Counted from the first letter of the stretch, positions 1 to 9,127 are shown. The stretch is DNA of 64,000 nucleotides from Candidatus Zixiibacteriota bacterium (GCA_030605835.1 JAUWHO010000001.1:29966-93965); one strand, 5' to 3'. The notes: generated by a model from the sequence alone, not told the origin. Made by a program: numbers and translations.

Positions 1-180
1 CGTGGGAGAGCAGGATTCGGATATGACCCCTTATTCTATTTCCCCCCGTTGGGAAGAACCTTCGCAGAACTCTCTCCCCATGAGAAAAATAGGGTGAGCC
101 ATCGCGCCAAAGCGTTAGCAAGAGCCAAAGAGCTGCTTGTCCACAAGCTTTCAGAGGGAGAGAGCAATCGACGTATATGA
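1..180 (+). CDS. rdgB: 3' end of RdgB/HAM1 non-canonical purine NTP pyrophosphatase (partial)
   Basis: Frame 1 reads [39 protein letters not shown]...RRI*; GFGYDP and SHR are Ham1-family motifs. Confidence 0.93.
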   Translation, partial: RGRAGFGYDPLFYFPPLGRTFAELSPHEKNRVSHRAKALARAKELLVHKLSEGESNRRI

Positions 181-231
181 ACAACCAACAGCATCAACCC
201 CTTTAATCTGAGTCTTCTGAGAGTTTGGCTT

Positions 232-342
232 CTATCTCTCTATTCCGGTGGCTTTCTCGATCAATCTCTTGTCATAAGCCTTGATTAGGTCCCGCCGGGT
301 GACGATTCCGACCAGGCGGTGGGGGACGTTCTCGTCGATGAC
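232..342 (-). pseudogene. Orphan duplicate of the ClC gene 3' end (36 codons)
   Basis: Encodes VIDENVPHRLVGIVTRRDLIKAYDKRLIEKATGIER*, matching 1092-1202 with about 13 nt differences by manual alignment. Confidence 0.9.
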
Positions 343-391
343 TGCAGACGCATCATAGAGACGAGCTGCGAGCCAATGTCGGCAGCAGATC

Positions 392-616
392 TCAAGCATA
401 CTCGTAGAGGGGGACTGTTCCTGTTGGAGGCGTCGCTTTCCGTAATAATTCCTCAATCCCACGCACCGTTTCAGGCTTCAAAAGCACATCCCCACACACC
501 GAACACACCTCAGCGGGCACATGATCGATGACGACAACCTGTCCGCGATACCGCACGGTGTGCACAATTTTTCGTCCCTCATATTCACCGGGACAGCCCT
601 GAATACTACACTTCAT
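392..616 (-). CDS. YgiT-type zinc finger protein (MqsA-like, putative antitoxin)
   Basis: MKCSIQGC...HVPAEVCSVCGD; ATG at 616 follows AGGAG; directly downstream of the DUF4258 gene. Confidence 0.8.
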   Translation of the reverse strand: MKCSIQGCPGEYEGRKIVHTVRYRGQVVVIDHVPAEVCSVCGDVLLKPETVRGIEELLRKATPPTGTVPLYEYA

Positions 617-621
617 AGCAG

Positions 622-957
622 TTAGCTCCTTTGGGTGGGCGTCACCCACCTTGGCGGTTTAGGTTCATAGACCGTAATAATGATGAGTACCGTCTGGGCT
701 GTAGTGCAGACGATATGTAAAGGGCGACCGCTCCCCGCAAAACCACTAAGCAAACAACAAGCCCCGCGGCGGTGCTCGGGATAGTCCTCCAGAATCTTTC
801 CAGCAGCAATGGCTTCCAAAACCTCATCGAAAACAATGTCCTCCTCAACCATTTCTTGTTGAGCGTGTTGGGTTATGCGAACCTTCTCAGTCGGTGCCTG
901 AGCACGTATCCGCTCCAGCAGCGTCTCCAAGTCGATATTGCCAACTTCAGATGTCAC
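622..957 (-). CDS. DUF4258 domain protein (putative toxin)
   Basis: TQHAQQEM..ILEDYPEHRRGACCL..RPLHIV..IITVYEP; DUF4258 genes are commonly paired with a YgiT finger. Confidence 0.8.
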   Translation of the reverse strand: MTSEVGNIDLETLLERIRAQAPTEKVRITQHAQQEMVEEDIVFDEVLEAIAAGKILEDYPEHRRGACCLLSGFAGSGRPLHIVCTTAQTVLIIITVYEPKPPRWVTPTQRS

Positions 958-1091
958 TATAACCCAGAGTCACCTTCACCAGATGGGAACAAGAACATAT
1001 CGCATATTTCGTTCCTGCTCTGGAACCGGCACCGGTTAACCTCAAGAAATAAGATCTCAGAAATAGTGTCAACCTTTTTGAAGTCACTAAT

Positions 1092-2888
1092 CTATCTTTC
1101 TATCCCGGTGGCCTTCTGGATCAATCTCTTGTCGTAGGCCTTGATCAGGTCCCGCCGGGTGACGATCCCCACTAAACGGTGGGGGACGTTCTCGTCTATG
1201 ACCGGTAACGCCACGGTGTCACGCAAGCCAAACTTGTGGGAGGCGCCGGCGAGGCTCTCATAGGGACTCAGGGAGGTGATCTCGGAATTGGCGATGTCCC
1301 GGGCGATGATGAGATTATCCATCCCCTCCCTGGTTATGATAGTCCGCAAATCCTGAAGAGAGATCATCCCTAAAAAGCGCCCGTTCTCGTCGGTCACCGG
1401 GAAACACTCCTCGCGGGAATCCTCCATTAACCTCCAGATGGCTCCCAGAGTCATATGTTGAGGAATGGTCTGGTAGTGACGGTTCATCACCTCCTTGACG
1501 TATATGGAGCTTAAGACCTCAATGTCTCTGCCACCTCTCAAAGTGATCCCCCTTCGCACCAATTTCAGAGTGTAGATCGACTCCGGTTTGAGGCGCCGAG
1601 CGAGAAGAGCAGAGAAAGCACAAGCCAACATCAAAGGCAGGATTATGCGATAATCCCCAGTCATCTCAAATATGATGACCATCGCAGTGATGGGGGCATG
1701 GGTCGCGCCAGCGACAACCGCTCCCATGCCAACCAGAGCATAGGCGCCCGAAGAAGCGGTTACTGCCGGAAAAAGCCAGTGCATCAACTTGCCGAAAGAG
1801 CCGCCGGCCATAGAGCCGATGAAAAGGGAGGGAGCAAATATGCCTCCAGAGTTGCCGGAGCCCAGAGTGAGAGAGGTTGCCAGTATCTTCAAAAATATCA
1901 AGACAGACATAAGCCAGAGAGCCATCTCCGAATACAAGGCCTGCTTGATGAACTCGTAACCATCCTTGAAGACTTGAGGAAAGAACACCCCGATGATGCC
2001 CAAAAGGAGGCCTCCCAGGGCCGGCTTCAGATAACCGGGAATCTTGACCTTGTCCTCAAAGAAATCCTCCGCTCTGTAAAGGGTGGTGATGTATAGGACC
2101 GAGAACAGACCGCACAGTCCTCCCAACACCAGATACATCGGAAGCTCCGCCACGCTCAAAAGCTCGTAGTGGGGAACTGAAAAAGCAGGATAGTTGCCCA
2201 GAAAGGCGTGAGTCACGACCGAGGCGATGACCGAAGATAGGACCACCGGCCCGAAGGTATGAATCGCGAAGTCTCCCAGGATAATCTCCAGGGCAAAGAA
2301 AACCCCGGCAATGGGAGCATTGAACACCGCCGAAATTCCACCGGCGGCACCACACCCCACGAGCACCTTAATCCTCTGGTCCGACATCCGAAAATACTGT
2401 CCAATGGTGGAACCAACCGCCGAACCGATTTGCACTATGGGGCCCTCTCTCCCGGCTGAACCTCCACTACCTATGCAGATGCTGGAGGCGACGCTTTTTG
2501 CGACCGCCACCCGAGGCCGAATTATACCTCCTTTGGTGGCGACCGCCAGCATCACCTCCGGAACCCCGTGCCCTTTCGCCTCTGAGCTGAAGAAAGAAAC
2601 GATCGGTCCAACCAGAAGTCCCCCCAGTGCGGGAATCAATGGGATAAATATGTGCCAGTTGGTCGTCAACTGAGAAAAGACAAGCTCCCCCTTTCCGAAG
2701 AACAGGTCATAGAAGAAGTGTATCAGAAACCGGAAGAAGAGGGCAACAAAGCCAGTGGAAAGCCCCACCACAAAGGCCAAGATGATCAATATGGTCTGTT
2801 CGGAAAGATGGGCTTTCTCAACCAGGGAGGCGATTCTGTCGCCCGTCCTCTCTAAAATGGTTGGTCTTTTGGTAGTGTCGATTTCCAT
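1092..2888 (-). CDS. ClC-family chloride channel/transporter with C-terminal CBS pair
   Basis: GHGVPEV, GREGP and GGIFAP motifs, many TM helices, CBS-like C-terminus. Confidence 0.95.
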   Translation of the reverse strand: MEIDTTKRPTILERTGDRIASLVEKAHLSEQTILIILAFVVGLSTGFVALFFRFLIHFFYDLFFGKGELVFSQLTTNWHIFIPLIPALGGLLVGPIVSFFSSEAKGHGVPEVMLAVATKGGIIRPRVAVAKSVASSICIGSGGSAGREGPIVQIGSAVGSTIGQYFRMSDQRIKVLVGCGAAGGISAVFNAPIAGVFFALEIILGDFAIHTFGPVVLSSVIASVVTHAFLGNYPAFSVPHYELLSVAELPMYLVLGGLCGLFSVLYITTLYRAEDFFEDKVKIPGYLKPALGGLLLGIIGVFFPQVFKDGYEFIKQALYSEMALWLMSVLIFLKILATSLTLGSGNSGGIFAPSLFIGSMAGGSFGKLMHWLFPAVTASSGAYALVGMGAVVAGATHAPITAMVIIFEMTGDYRIILPLMLACAFSALLARRLKPESIYTLKLVRRGITLRGGRDIEVLSSIYVKEVMNRHYQTIPQHMTLGAIWRLMEDSREECFPVTDENGRFLGMISLQDLRTIITREGMDNLIIARDIANSEITSLSPYESLAGASHKFGLRDTVALPVIDENVPHRLVGIVTRRDLIKAYDKRLIQKATGIER

Positions 2889-3033
2889 TCCCGTCTATTG
2901 CCGATGGCTCTATATCCTTTATCGGTCGAGGAGGGCGTCCTCAAATGTCCGATGATATGCGAAGCTCACGAGAAAATCAAGTCGATTCTGAAAATGGCCT
3001 GAGCCAGAATTGTCCGAAAGCTTGGCTGTTGGG

Positions 3034-3067
3034 AAAAAAGTGGGGCAGGAGTGCAACTCCTGCCCCA
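3034..3067 (-). terminator. Rho-independent terminator
   Basis: 11-bp stem TGGGGCAGGAG/CTCCTGCCCCA followed by a T tract on the minus strand, downstream of 3130-4986. Confidence 0.85.
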
Positions 3068-3094
3068 GCGAATACGCGGGCCCGAGAAACGTTG

Positions 3095-3121
3095 ATTATC
3101 TGCTTAATCCGTTTAATCCGC
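3095..3121 (-). repeat. Three imperfect 9-mer tandem repeats (GCGGATTAA ACGGATTAA GCAGATAAT)
   Basis: Read directly from the sequence just after the stop codon of 3130-4986. Confidence 0.6.
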
Positions 3122-3129
3122 TGTGAATC

Positions 3130-4986
3130 CTACTTCACCAGCATCATCCTCCGGGTCTCGGTGTAATCTCCAGCACTCAACCTGTAAAAATAGAGACCAG
3201 ATGAGACCGAGGAAGCATCCCAACTGACAGACTTGTATCCCGCGCCCTGTCTCCCATCAACCAACGTTGCTACCTTCTGTCCGAAAAGATTGCAGACCTC
3301 CAACACCACTTGACCATCTTCCGCCAACTCGTACTGGATGGTAGTGGTGGCATTAAAGGGGTTGGGATAATTCTGCGATAGGGCACAAACGCCGGGAAGA
3401 TTGCTTTCCACCGAGGTAACCTCCCTGAACCACACACCACTCCCTGGCCAATCGGCTACCCCTCCCTGTGTCGAACCGTATTTGGTGAAGTAGAGACAAG
3501 TGGAGTCCGTGATAGTCCCGGGGTAGTCACCAAGATAAGCGACAAAGACATAATCTCCTCCAGGTGCAAACCCGGGCACAGGCTGGGTGATGTCATCAAT
3601 GCCAATGCTGTCGACGGGAACGTAGATGTTGTCATACAGGTGTATGGGACCGAGCCGCCCCAACTCGGGAACAAAAACATATGTCCAGAGATCAGCCGGG
3701 CCGCCCAGACCTGAGAAGTTGAAGATCCAACCGTCATAAATGATGTCGCCACCTTCCGGAGGGATGATGACTCGCATATCGTGGGGGTAAAGCTCCACAA
3801 TCCCATCGACATCCTGGTTGAAATAGTAAGCCCCTATGTCGGACCTAGTGCCGTCGGGGTCATAGAGGTAAGGCACGCCAGCATCAATGCACGGTGAACG
3901 CCACCGCAACCTGAAATCGTCCACTTCCCTGCCCACAAACATGGGGTCTACGTTGATATTCCCCTGTCCGGACCAGCCACCCTTGATGTCGCAGTACTCT
4001 ACCGTGGGATACCCCCCCGCGACATAGATCTCCGAACCGCTACCAAGAGCAGTGTTGTCCCAGACAATGGTGTTCTCGATCCGGGGGCGTGAACCGTAGT
4101 TGCAGAAAATACCTCCACCATCGAACGCAAAGTTGTCATAGATCGTGTTGCTCTGTATCAGCGGAGCAGGTGTAGGATATTCATAGTGGACCTGGATACC
4201 ACCACCAGTTGAGGCAGCACAGTTACCGACGATGAGGTTCCCGCTCACTGTGGGACTCTCGTTCCAGACGTAGATCCCGCCAGCCTCCCAGCCCGACGAG
4301 TTGCGGATGATCAGGTTGTTGCTTATCGTCGGGTTGCCATAGGAGCTGAAGATGGCTCCACCGCCCAGGAGCAGAGCGCAGTTCTCCTCGATGATGTTGT
4401 TTGAGATGACTGGATCCCCACCCCACGGGCGGACACCACCGCCTTCAGCCCTCGCCCAGTTGTGGGCGATGTAGTTGTAGCTTATGGTAGGACTACCGTA
4501 GTAGGAGAAGATCCCGGCCCCGTTGTAGGCGCAGTTGTCGGTAATGGTGTTATGGGTTATCGTGGGGCTGCAGTACTCAATGTAGATGGCACCGCCACGC
4601 CAGTCCGGGACACCGCCAGTGGCCTCTCCATACTCCAAGTGGCAATAGCTTATCTCGGAGTTACTGTTGGCGGACAGAAGCCTTATACCATGCCAGCCAA
4701 CGCCAGGATCGTCCGCAGTGAAGTAAATCGAATCAGCTTCTGTCCCGACGGCGAGAAGGGTTGCTGAATTGTCCACGATGAACTTGTAGTGCCCCTGGAA
4801 AATCACCACGATTCCAGGCTCAATGGTTAAGGCTTGTCCTGATGGCACCTGTATTTGCCCGATGACATTATACGGGCTGTTGTCTCTCGTCCAGGTGCCC
4901 GATTGATCCCCCCAGACATCGATTGCTCTGGCGGTCAGAGGAAACAACACAACCGCCATCGCAAGAACTGCAAGTAAGACCCTCAT
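3130..4986 (-). CDS. Secreted right-handed beta-helix protein with T9SS type A-like C-terminal sorting domain
   Basis: Signal peptide; GGGI..NxIxxN (PbH1-like) repeats; QNYPNPFN...GLYFYRL...RRMMLVK tail. Confidence 0.88.
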   Translation of the reverse strand: MRVLLAVLAMAVVLFPLTARAIDVWGDQSGTWTRDNSPYNVIGQIQVPSGQALTIEPGIVVIFQGHYKFIVDNSATLLAVGTEADSIYFTADDPGVGWHGIRLLSANSNSEISYCHLEYGEATGGVPDWRGGAIYIEYCSPTITHNTITDNCAYNGAGIFSYYGSPTISYNYIAHNWARAEGGGVRPWGGDPVISNNIIEENCALLLGGGAIFSSYGNPTISNNLIIRNSSGWEAGGIYVWNESPTVSGNLIVGNCAASTGGGIQVHYEYPTPAPLIQSNTIYDNFAFDGGGIFCNYGSRPRIENTIVWDNTALGSGSEIYVAGGYPTVEYCDIKGGWSGQGNINVDPMFVGREVDDFRLRWRSPCIDAGVPYLYDPDGTRSDIGAYYFNQDVDGIVELYPHDMRVIIPPEGGDIIYDGWIFNFSGLGGPADLWTYVFVPELGRLGPIHLYDNIYVPVDSIGIDDITQPVPGFAPGGDYVFVAYLGDYPGTITDSTCLYFTKYGSTQGGVADWPGSGVWFREVTSVESNLPGVCALSQNYPNPFNATTTIQYELAEDGQVVLEVCNLFGQKVATLVDGRQGAGYKSVSWDASSVSSGLYFYRLSAGDYTETRRMMLVK

Positions 4987-5220
4987 TGATACCTCCCCAG
5001 AATTAGGGTTATTGGTTATAAAGAACTGTTAGCTTTCCTTAGACTGTATTCGATCCATTAGATAATCTAAGCTGCCGAGAACATTTGTCAAGCAAAAAAG
5101 TTGATTTTCTCCACAAGTGGAACCTCACTTCACCAGCATCATCCTCCGGGTCTCGGTGTAATCTCCGGCAGTGAGCTTGTAGAAGTAAATGCCGCAAGAG
5201 ACCTCCGAGGCATCCCAGAC
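4934..5220. repeat. Direct repeat copy 1 (CTD 3' end + promoter + signal peptide), paired with 6926-7210
   Basis: Near-identical run ...CCGCCATCGCAAGAACTGCAAGTAAGACCCTCATT...GTTAGCTTTCCTTAGA...TTTGTCAAGCAAAAAAGTTGATTT...CTCACTTCACCAGCATCATCCTCCGGGT in both copies. Confidence 0.9.
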
Positions 5221-5280
5221 GACCGACCTGTAACCTGCCCACTCAATATCTTACACCACTGTGGCCACCTTCGCGCCCAG
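5125..5280 (-). pseudogene. Orphan C-terminal sorting domain fragment with internal stop
   Basis: LGAKVATVV*DIEWAGYRSVVWDASEVSCGIYFYKLTAGDYTETRRMMLVK*; no upstream gene body. Confidence 0.85.
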
Positions 5281-5331
5281 CTATTTCAGTCTGAACCAGA
5301 ACCGAAAAGTTCTGTCTTTAGTGAGGTCAAC

Positions 5332-5404
5332 CCCCCGCGGCCGGACTCGAACCAGCGACAGGGTGGTTAACAGCCACCTGCTCTACCAACTGAGCTACAT
5401 CCCC
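5332..5404 (-). tRNA. tRNA-Asn(GTT)-like gene with unpaired acceptor stem (possible pseudogene or chimera)
   Basis: GGGGATG TA GCTC AGTTGGTA GAGC A GGTGG CTGTTAA CCACC CTGTC GCTGG TTCGAGT CCGGC CGCGGGG G; D, anticodon and T arms pair, but only 2 of 7 acceptor pairs form. Confidence 0.8.
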
Positions 5405-5509
5405 GAAACTGCTTTCAACGTCTCCGTTTACCAACTCCACCTGTCTTTGTCCTGCCCGCGCCGGTATTGGAAATGCTAGGGGCCTTTCACCACAATCTTT
5501 CAGCTCTCC

Positions 5510-6232
5510 TCACTGCTTTACAGCTAAAACTGCGTTTCTCCTCCGAAGAAATGGAACCAGCCATTGAAGGAGCCTTTCCGCGATATTGAAAACGGGCAGG
5601 TGCGACTCGCGGTGATAAGCTCTCCTGATTCTGAATCCCTGGTCTGTTAATTCCTCTTTGAGTTCCCTCAGGGTTCTATATCCAACGTGACCTTCATCCT
5701 TTTTCAGGATTATATTCCTCTGTTTCAGATACTCGAAGATATGCCCCGGATTAGGCGTCCAGATTATGAGTTTCCCGCCTACCTTGAGAACCCGCTTGAC
5801 CTCGCCAATCAACCTTTTGAACACCTCCGGGTAGAGATGCTCGACCAAATCAGCACAGATAATCACGTCGAAGGAAGCCGACGCAAATCCTGTAGAAGTG
5901 GCGTCTGCCAGGACAAACTCCGCCTTCAGATTCAAATCCTGTGCCAACCTACGGCAGATACTAATCGATTCCTTGGAGTAGTCCAACCCAGTCACCTCAA
6001 CACCCATCCTGGCCAGCTCCATAGAGAAGGTTCCAACCCCGCAACCCAAGTCCAACACCTTCTCACCTCTTTTAGGCCCATAGATCTCAAATACCCTCTC
6101 CAGTCGATAGCGGGTGAACCTGTCTCTCTTCCGATAACTCTCTAAAAGTGGTCGGTAATACTCCCGGTCATAGTGGGGGCGGATTGCCTCCTGTTTTTGC
6201 AGGTCACCGGCATCAGCTTCCTTTTTCTGCAA
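5510..6232 (-). CDS. Class I SAM-dependent methyltransferase
   Basis: VLDLGCGVG motif I, FDVII..DLVEHL, VLKVGG. Confidence 0.9.
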   Translation of the reverse strand: MQKKEADAGDLQKQEAIRPHYDREYYRPLLESYRKRDRFTRYRLERVFEIYGPKRGEKVLDLGCGVGTFSMELARMGVEVTGLDYSKESISICRRLAQDLNLKAEFVLADATSTGFASASFDVIICADLVEHLYPEVFKRLIGEVKRVLKVGGKLIIWTPNPGHIFEYLKQRNIILKKDEGHVGYRTLRELKEELTDQGFRIRRAYHRESHLPVFNIAERLLQWLVPFLRRRNAVLAVKQ

Positions 6233-6277
6233 GCAGCACCTCCTTCGAGAAGATTTTTGAGTTTACCCTTTCATTCC

Positions 6278-6978
6278 TCATTTGAGCAGAGTTACTGGCT
6301 TTTTCCAACTGTGATCGGCGCACGACAGTTGCATGTAATAGACTCCGGAAGCATAATCCCTGGCGTTGAAGAAAACATGGTAACTCCCCTTATGCAGCTT
6401 CCCCTGATAGACATTCTCCATCTTTCTGCCAAGGGGGTCATAGACGGAAAGATCAACCTCGCCTGGTTTTTGAACACAGAAGGAAACATTCATTTGAAGA
6501 TTAAACGGGTTGGGATATGCTGTAAATACAAACCAGTCTTCTGGATTCGAGGGAGACTCGTCGTCCCCGATAACCGGTTTCTAGTGCAGGGCCCAGGTGT
6601 CGTTGAACAGAGCATAGTAGCGCTGATTGCCACCGAAGACCAAGAACCTGCCACCGTGTACGTCGATATTGCCGGTGCAGTCTCGACGTGGCTAAAGGTG
6701 ATAACCGAACCGGCTGAGTCTCCGTCAATTATCGTAGTGGAAATGTAGGTTGTGTCCCCTGTGGTCAAAAACAGCGAAGCCAAAACCACATTATGCCCGT
6801 TGAAGTTAAGGTTCTCATAGTAAGTGCCCGGCTGCACCAAGACGGTATCGCCGTCTAGCCCGTGATCTATCCCCTCCTGTATGGTGGGATAGTCCCCCGG
6901 AATGTTGATGATGGTGGCACCGGCAGTCAGAGGAAACAACACGACCGCCATCGCAAGAACTGCAAGTAAGACCCTCAT
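6278..6978 (-). pseudogene. Chimeric pseudogene: beta-helix N-terminus joined out of frame to a Kelch-like + CTD C-terminus
   Basis: First ~95 aa match 7118-9127 (PTIQEGI..TTIIDGDSAGSVITF). A shifted frame then reads RFLVFGGNQRYYALFNDTWALH*KPVIG...AYPNPFNLQMNV...PVTLLK*. Confidence 0.75.
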
Positions 6979-7210
6979 TTGGTACCTCCCCAGAATTGGG
7001 GTTATTGGTTATAAAGAACTGTTAGCTTTCCTTAGATGTATTCTATCTCCTTAAATAACTTACATTGCCGAGAGCATTTGTCAAGCAAAAAAGTTGATTT
7101 CCTTCATTAGCGGAACCTCACTTCACCAGCATCATCCTCCGGGTTTCGGTGAAGTCTCCGGCAGTCAGCTTGTAGAAATAAAGACCGGAGGAAACCGAGG
7201 AAGCATCCCA
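6926..7210. repeat. Direct repeat copy 2 (paired with 4934-5220)
   Basis: Manual alignment, offset about 1990 bp; a more diverged promoter copy lies at 9128-9245. Confidence 0.9.
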
Positions 7211-9127
7211 CATCGCAGAGCGGTATCCAGCCGCCTGTCTTTCGTCTACTAAGGTTGCCACCTTTTGACCGGAGAGGTTGTAAATCTCCAGCTTGACGTA
7301 AGCATCTACCGGCAACTGGCAATTGATAGCGGTGGTTGCGTTGAAGGGGTTAGGGTAGTTCTGGCTCAGAGAATACGCTCTCGGCAGAGTAGCTTCCGAT
7401 AGCTCGGAACGGCTATCGAACCACCCCTTAAGAGCCTCCCAACCGTTCCTCTCCCCTGAGGTATAAGCAGCGCCCTCCTTTGCAAAGTACATACAGCTGG
7501 AGTCAATGGTAGAAGAAGGAAAGTCCCCGATGTAGGTCACGAAGCTGTAATCGCCGGAAGGGGCATAACCCGGCACATGCTCTATCAGGTCAGCCCGGAT
7601 GATGCTGTCCGCAAAGGGGATGGTCACATCGCTGTAGCGCCACAGGCGGTAAGGACGGTTAAGCCCCGGCACAAAGGCCTGCGCCCAGATGTCCACCGTG
7701 AGGTTACCCCGCGAGAGATTGAGAACACCGCCGTCATAGGTGATGTCTCCACCCTGCGGCGGAATGACAATCGGCTCATCGTGCGGATACACCTCAACGA
7801 TTCCGACCACCGCGAGGTTGAAGTAGAATGCGCCAATGTCGGAGCGGGTGCCGTCAGGGTCAGTCAGCGAAGGATCGCCGGCATTGATACAGGGGGAGTG
7901 CCACCTTAGGTGGAAATCATCGTTGTAGGGGCCAGCAAACAGCGGGTCAGCATCGATATTGCCGAAACCGGGCCAGCCACCATTGACATCACAGTACCTG
8001 ACTGTAGGATCACTGGCATAACCCACGAAAATCTCTGGGCCGTTTGGCGCTATATTTCCCCACAAGACACTGTTTGTAATCGCTGGGTTGGAATAGTAGT
8101 AGCAATAGACCCCACCGCCGTAAGTAGCCGAATTACCGCTGATGGTGTTTTTGATAATCACCGGTGTGGAGGGGAAGCAAGAAATCCCACTACCTCGATT
8201 AGCCCAATTTTTGCTTATGATATTATCGCTCATCGTAAATTCTGGACGTATCCTCACTATTGCTCTTTTATCTTCATCATCATCACAAGAAATTCCACCT
8301 CCGGTGCTAGCTGAATTACCGCTGATAATATTATTGCTTATCATAGGGCTGGAAACGAAACAGTAAATCCCACCACCGCGAAAGCTAGCCGAATTACCGC
8401 TGAAGGCGTTATCGCTTATAGTCGAACTGGAATATTCACAGCAAATTCCGCCGCCGTAAGTAGCCGAATTACCATTGAAGGTGTTACCACTTATCTTTAA
8501 TCTGCCACGCCAGCAACAGATCCCGCCGCCGAACTCAGCGGAGTTATCGGTAATTGTGTTAGCGCTTATGGTTGGGCTGGAATACTCACAACAAATTCCG
8601 CCACCTTCGGCGTAAGCAACAACTGCCGAATTTCTGCTAATTGTATTACTGCTTATCGTTGCGTTGGAAGATGAGCAAAGAATCCCGCCGCCACCCCACC
8701 AACCAGTCGAATAATTATCGTTGATGATATTATTGCTTATCGTTGGGCTGGAGCCTTTGCAATAGATCCCGCCGCCGGAGCCAGCGCTTCCATTCTGAAT
8801 TGTGAATCCCACAACCTGAGCGGTGCTGTCTTCGCCACTTTCAAAAGTGATGACCGAACCGGCTGAATCACCGTCAATGATAGTGGTGGATATGTAAGCC
8901 GTATCCCCGGTGGTCAAAAACAGCGAAGCTAAAACGACATTATGCCCGTTGAAGTTAAGGTTCTCATAGTAGGTGTCGGGCTGCACCAGGACAGTGTCTC
9001 CATGCGCCCCGTGATTTATCCCTTCCTGTATGGTTGGGTAATCATCGGGGATGTTAATAACAGTAGCACCGGCGATCAGAGGAAACAGCACGACCGTCAT
9101 AACAAAAAGTCTAAGTAAGGCCCTCAT
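7118..9127 (-). CDS. Secreted right-handed beta-helix protein with C-terminal sorting domain
   Basis: Signal peptide, about 9 NSA..GGGI.C repeats, QNYPNPFN CTD. Confidence 0.9.
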   Translation of the reverse strand: MRALLRLFVMTVVLFPLIAGATVINIPDDYPTIQEGINHGAHGDTVLVQPDTYYENLNFNGHNVVLASLFLTTGDTAYISTTIIDGDSAGSVITFESGEDSTAQVVGFTIQNGSAGSGGGIYCKGSSPTISNNIINDNYSTGWWGGGGILCSSSNATISSNTISRNSAVVAYAEGGGICCEYSSPTISANTITDNSAEFGGGICCWRGRLKISGNTFNGNSATYGGGICCEYSSSTISDNAFSGNSASFRGGGIYCFVSSPMISNNIISGNSASTGGGISCDDDEDKRAIVRIRPEFTMSDNIISKNWANRGSGISCFPSTPVIIKNTISGNSATYGGGVYCYYYSNPAITNSVLWGNIAPNGPEIFVGYASDPTVRYCDVNGGWPGFGNIDADPLFAGPYNDDFHLRWHSPCINAGDPSLTDPDGTRSDIGAFYFNLAVVGIVEVYPHDEPIVIPPQGGDITYDGGVLNLSRGNLTVDIWAQAFVPGLNRPYRLWRYSDVTIPFADSIIRADLIEHVPGYAPSGDYSFVTYIGDFPSSTIDSSCMYFAKEGAAYTSGERNGWEALKGWFDSRSELSEATLPRAYSLSQNYPNPFNATTAINCQLPVDAYVKLEIYNLSGQKVATLVDERQAAGYRSAMWDASSVSSGLYFYKLTAGDFTETRRMMLVK

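Noticed and set aside
232..1202. DGR template/variable repeat pair (prompted by the Avd-like gene elsewhere in the window)
   Set aside because: Differences are not adenine-specific, are almost all synonymous, and there is no reverse transcriptase in the window.
2889..3000. Fluoride riboswitch upstream of ClC
   Set aside because: No crcB-motif core found, and the protein has GREGP rather than the fluoride-type signature.
6570..6600. Stop-codon reassignment (in-frame TAG here, TAA in the 5125-5280 fragment)
   Set aside because: TAG, TAA and TGA all end conserved genes normally in this window; both stops lie in broken fragments.
8090..8790. CRISPR-like repeats (GCCGAATTACC recurring)
   Set aside because: These are in-frame coding repeats of the beta-helix protein.
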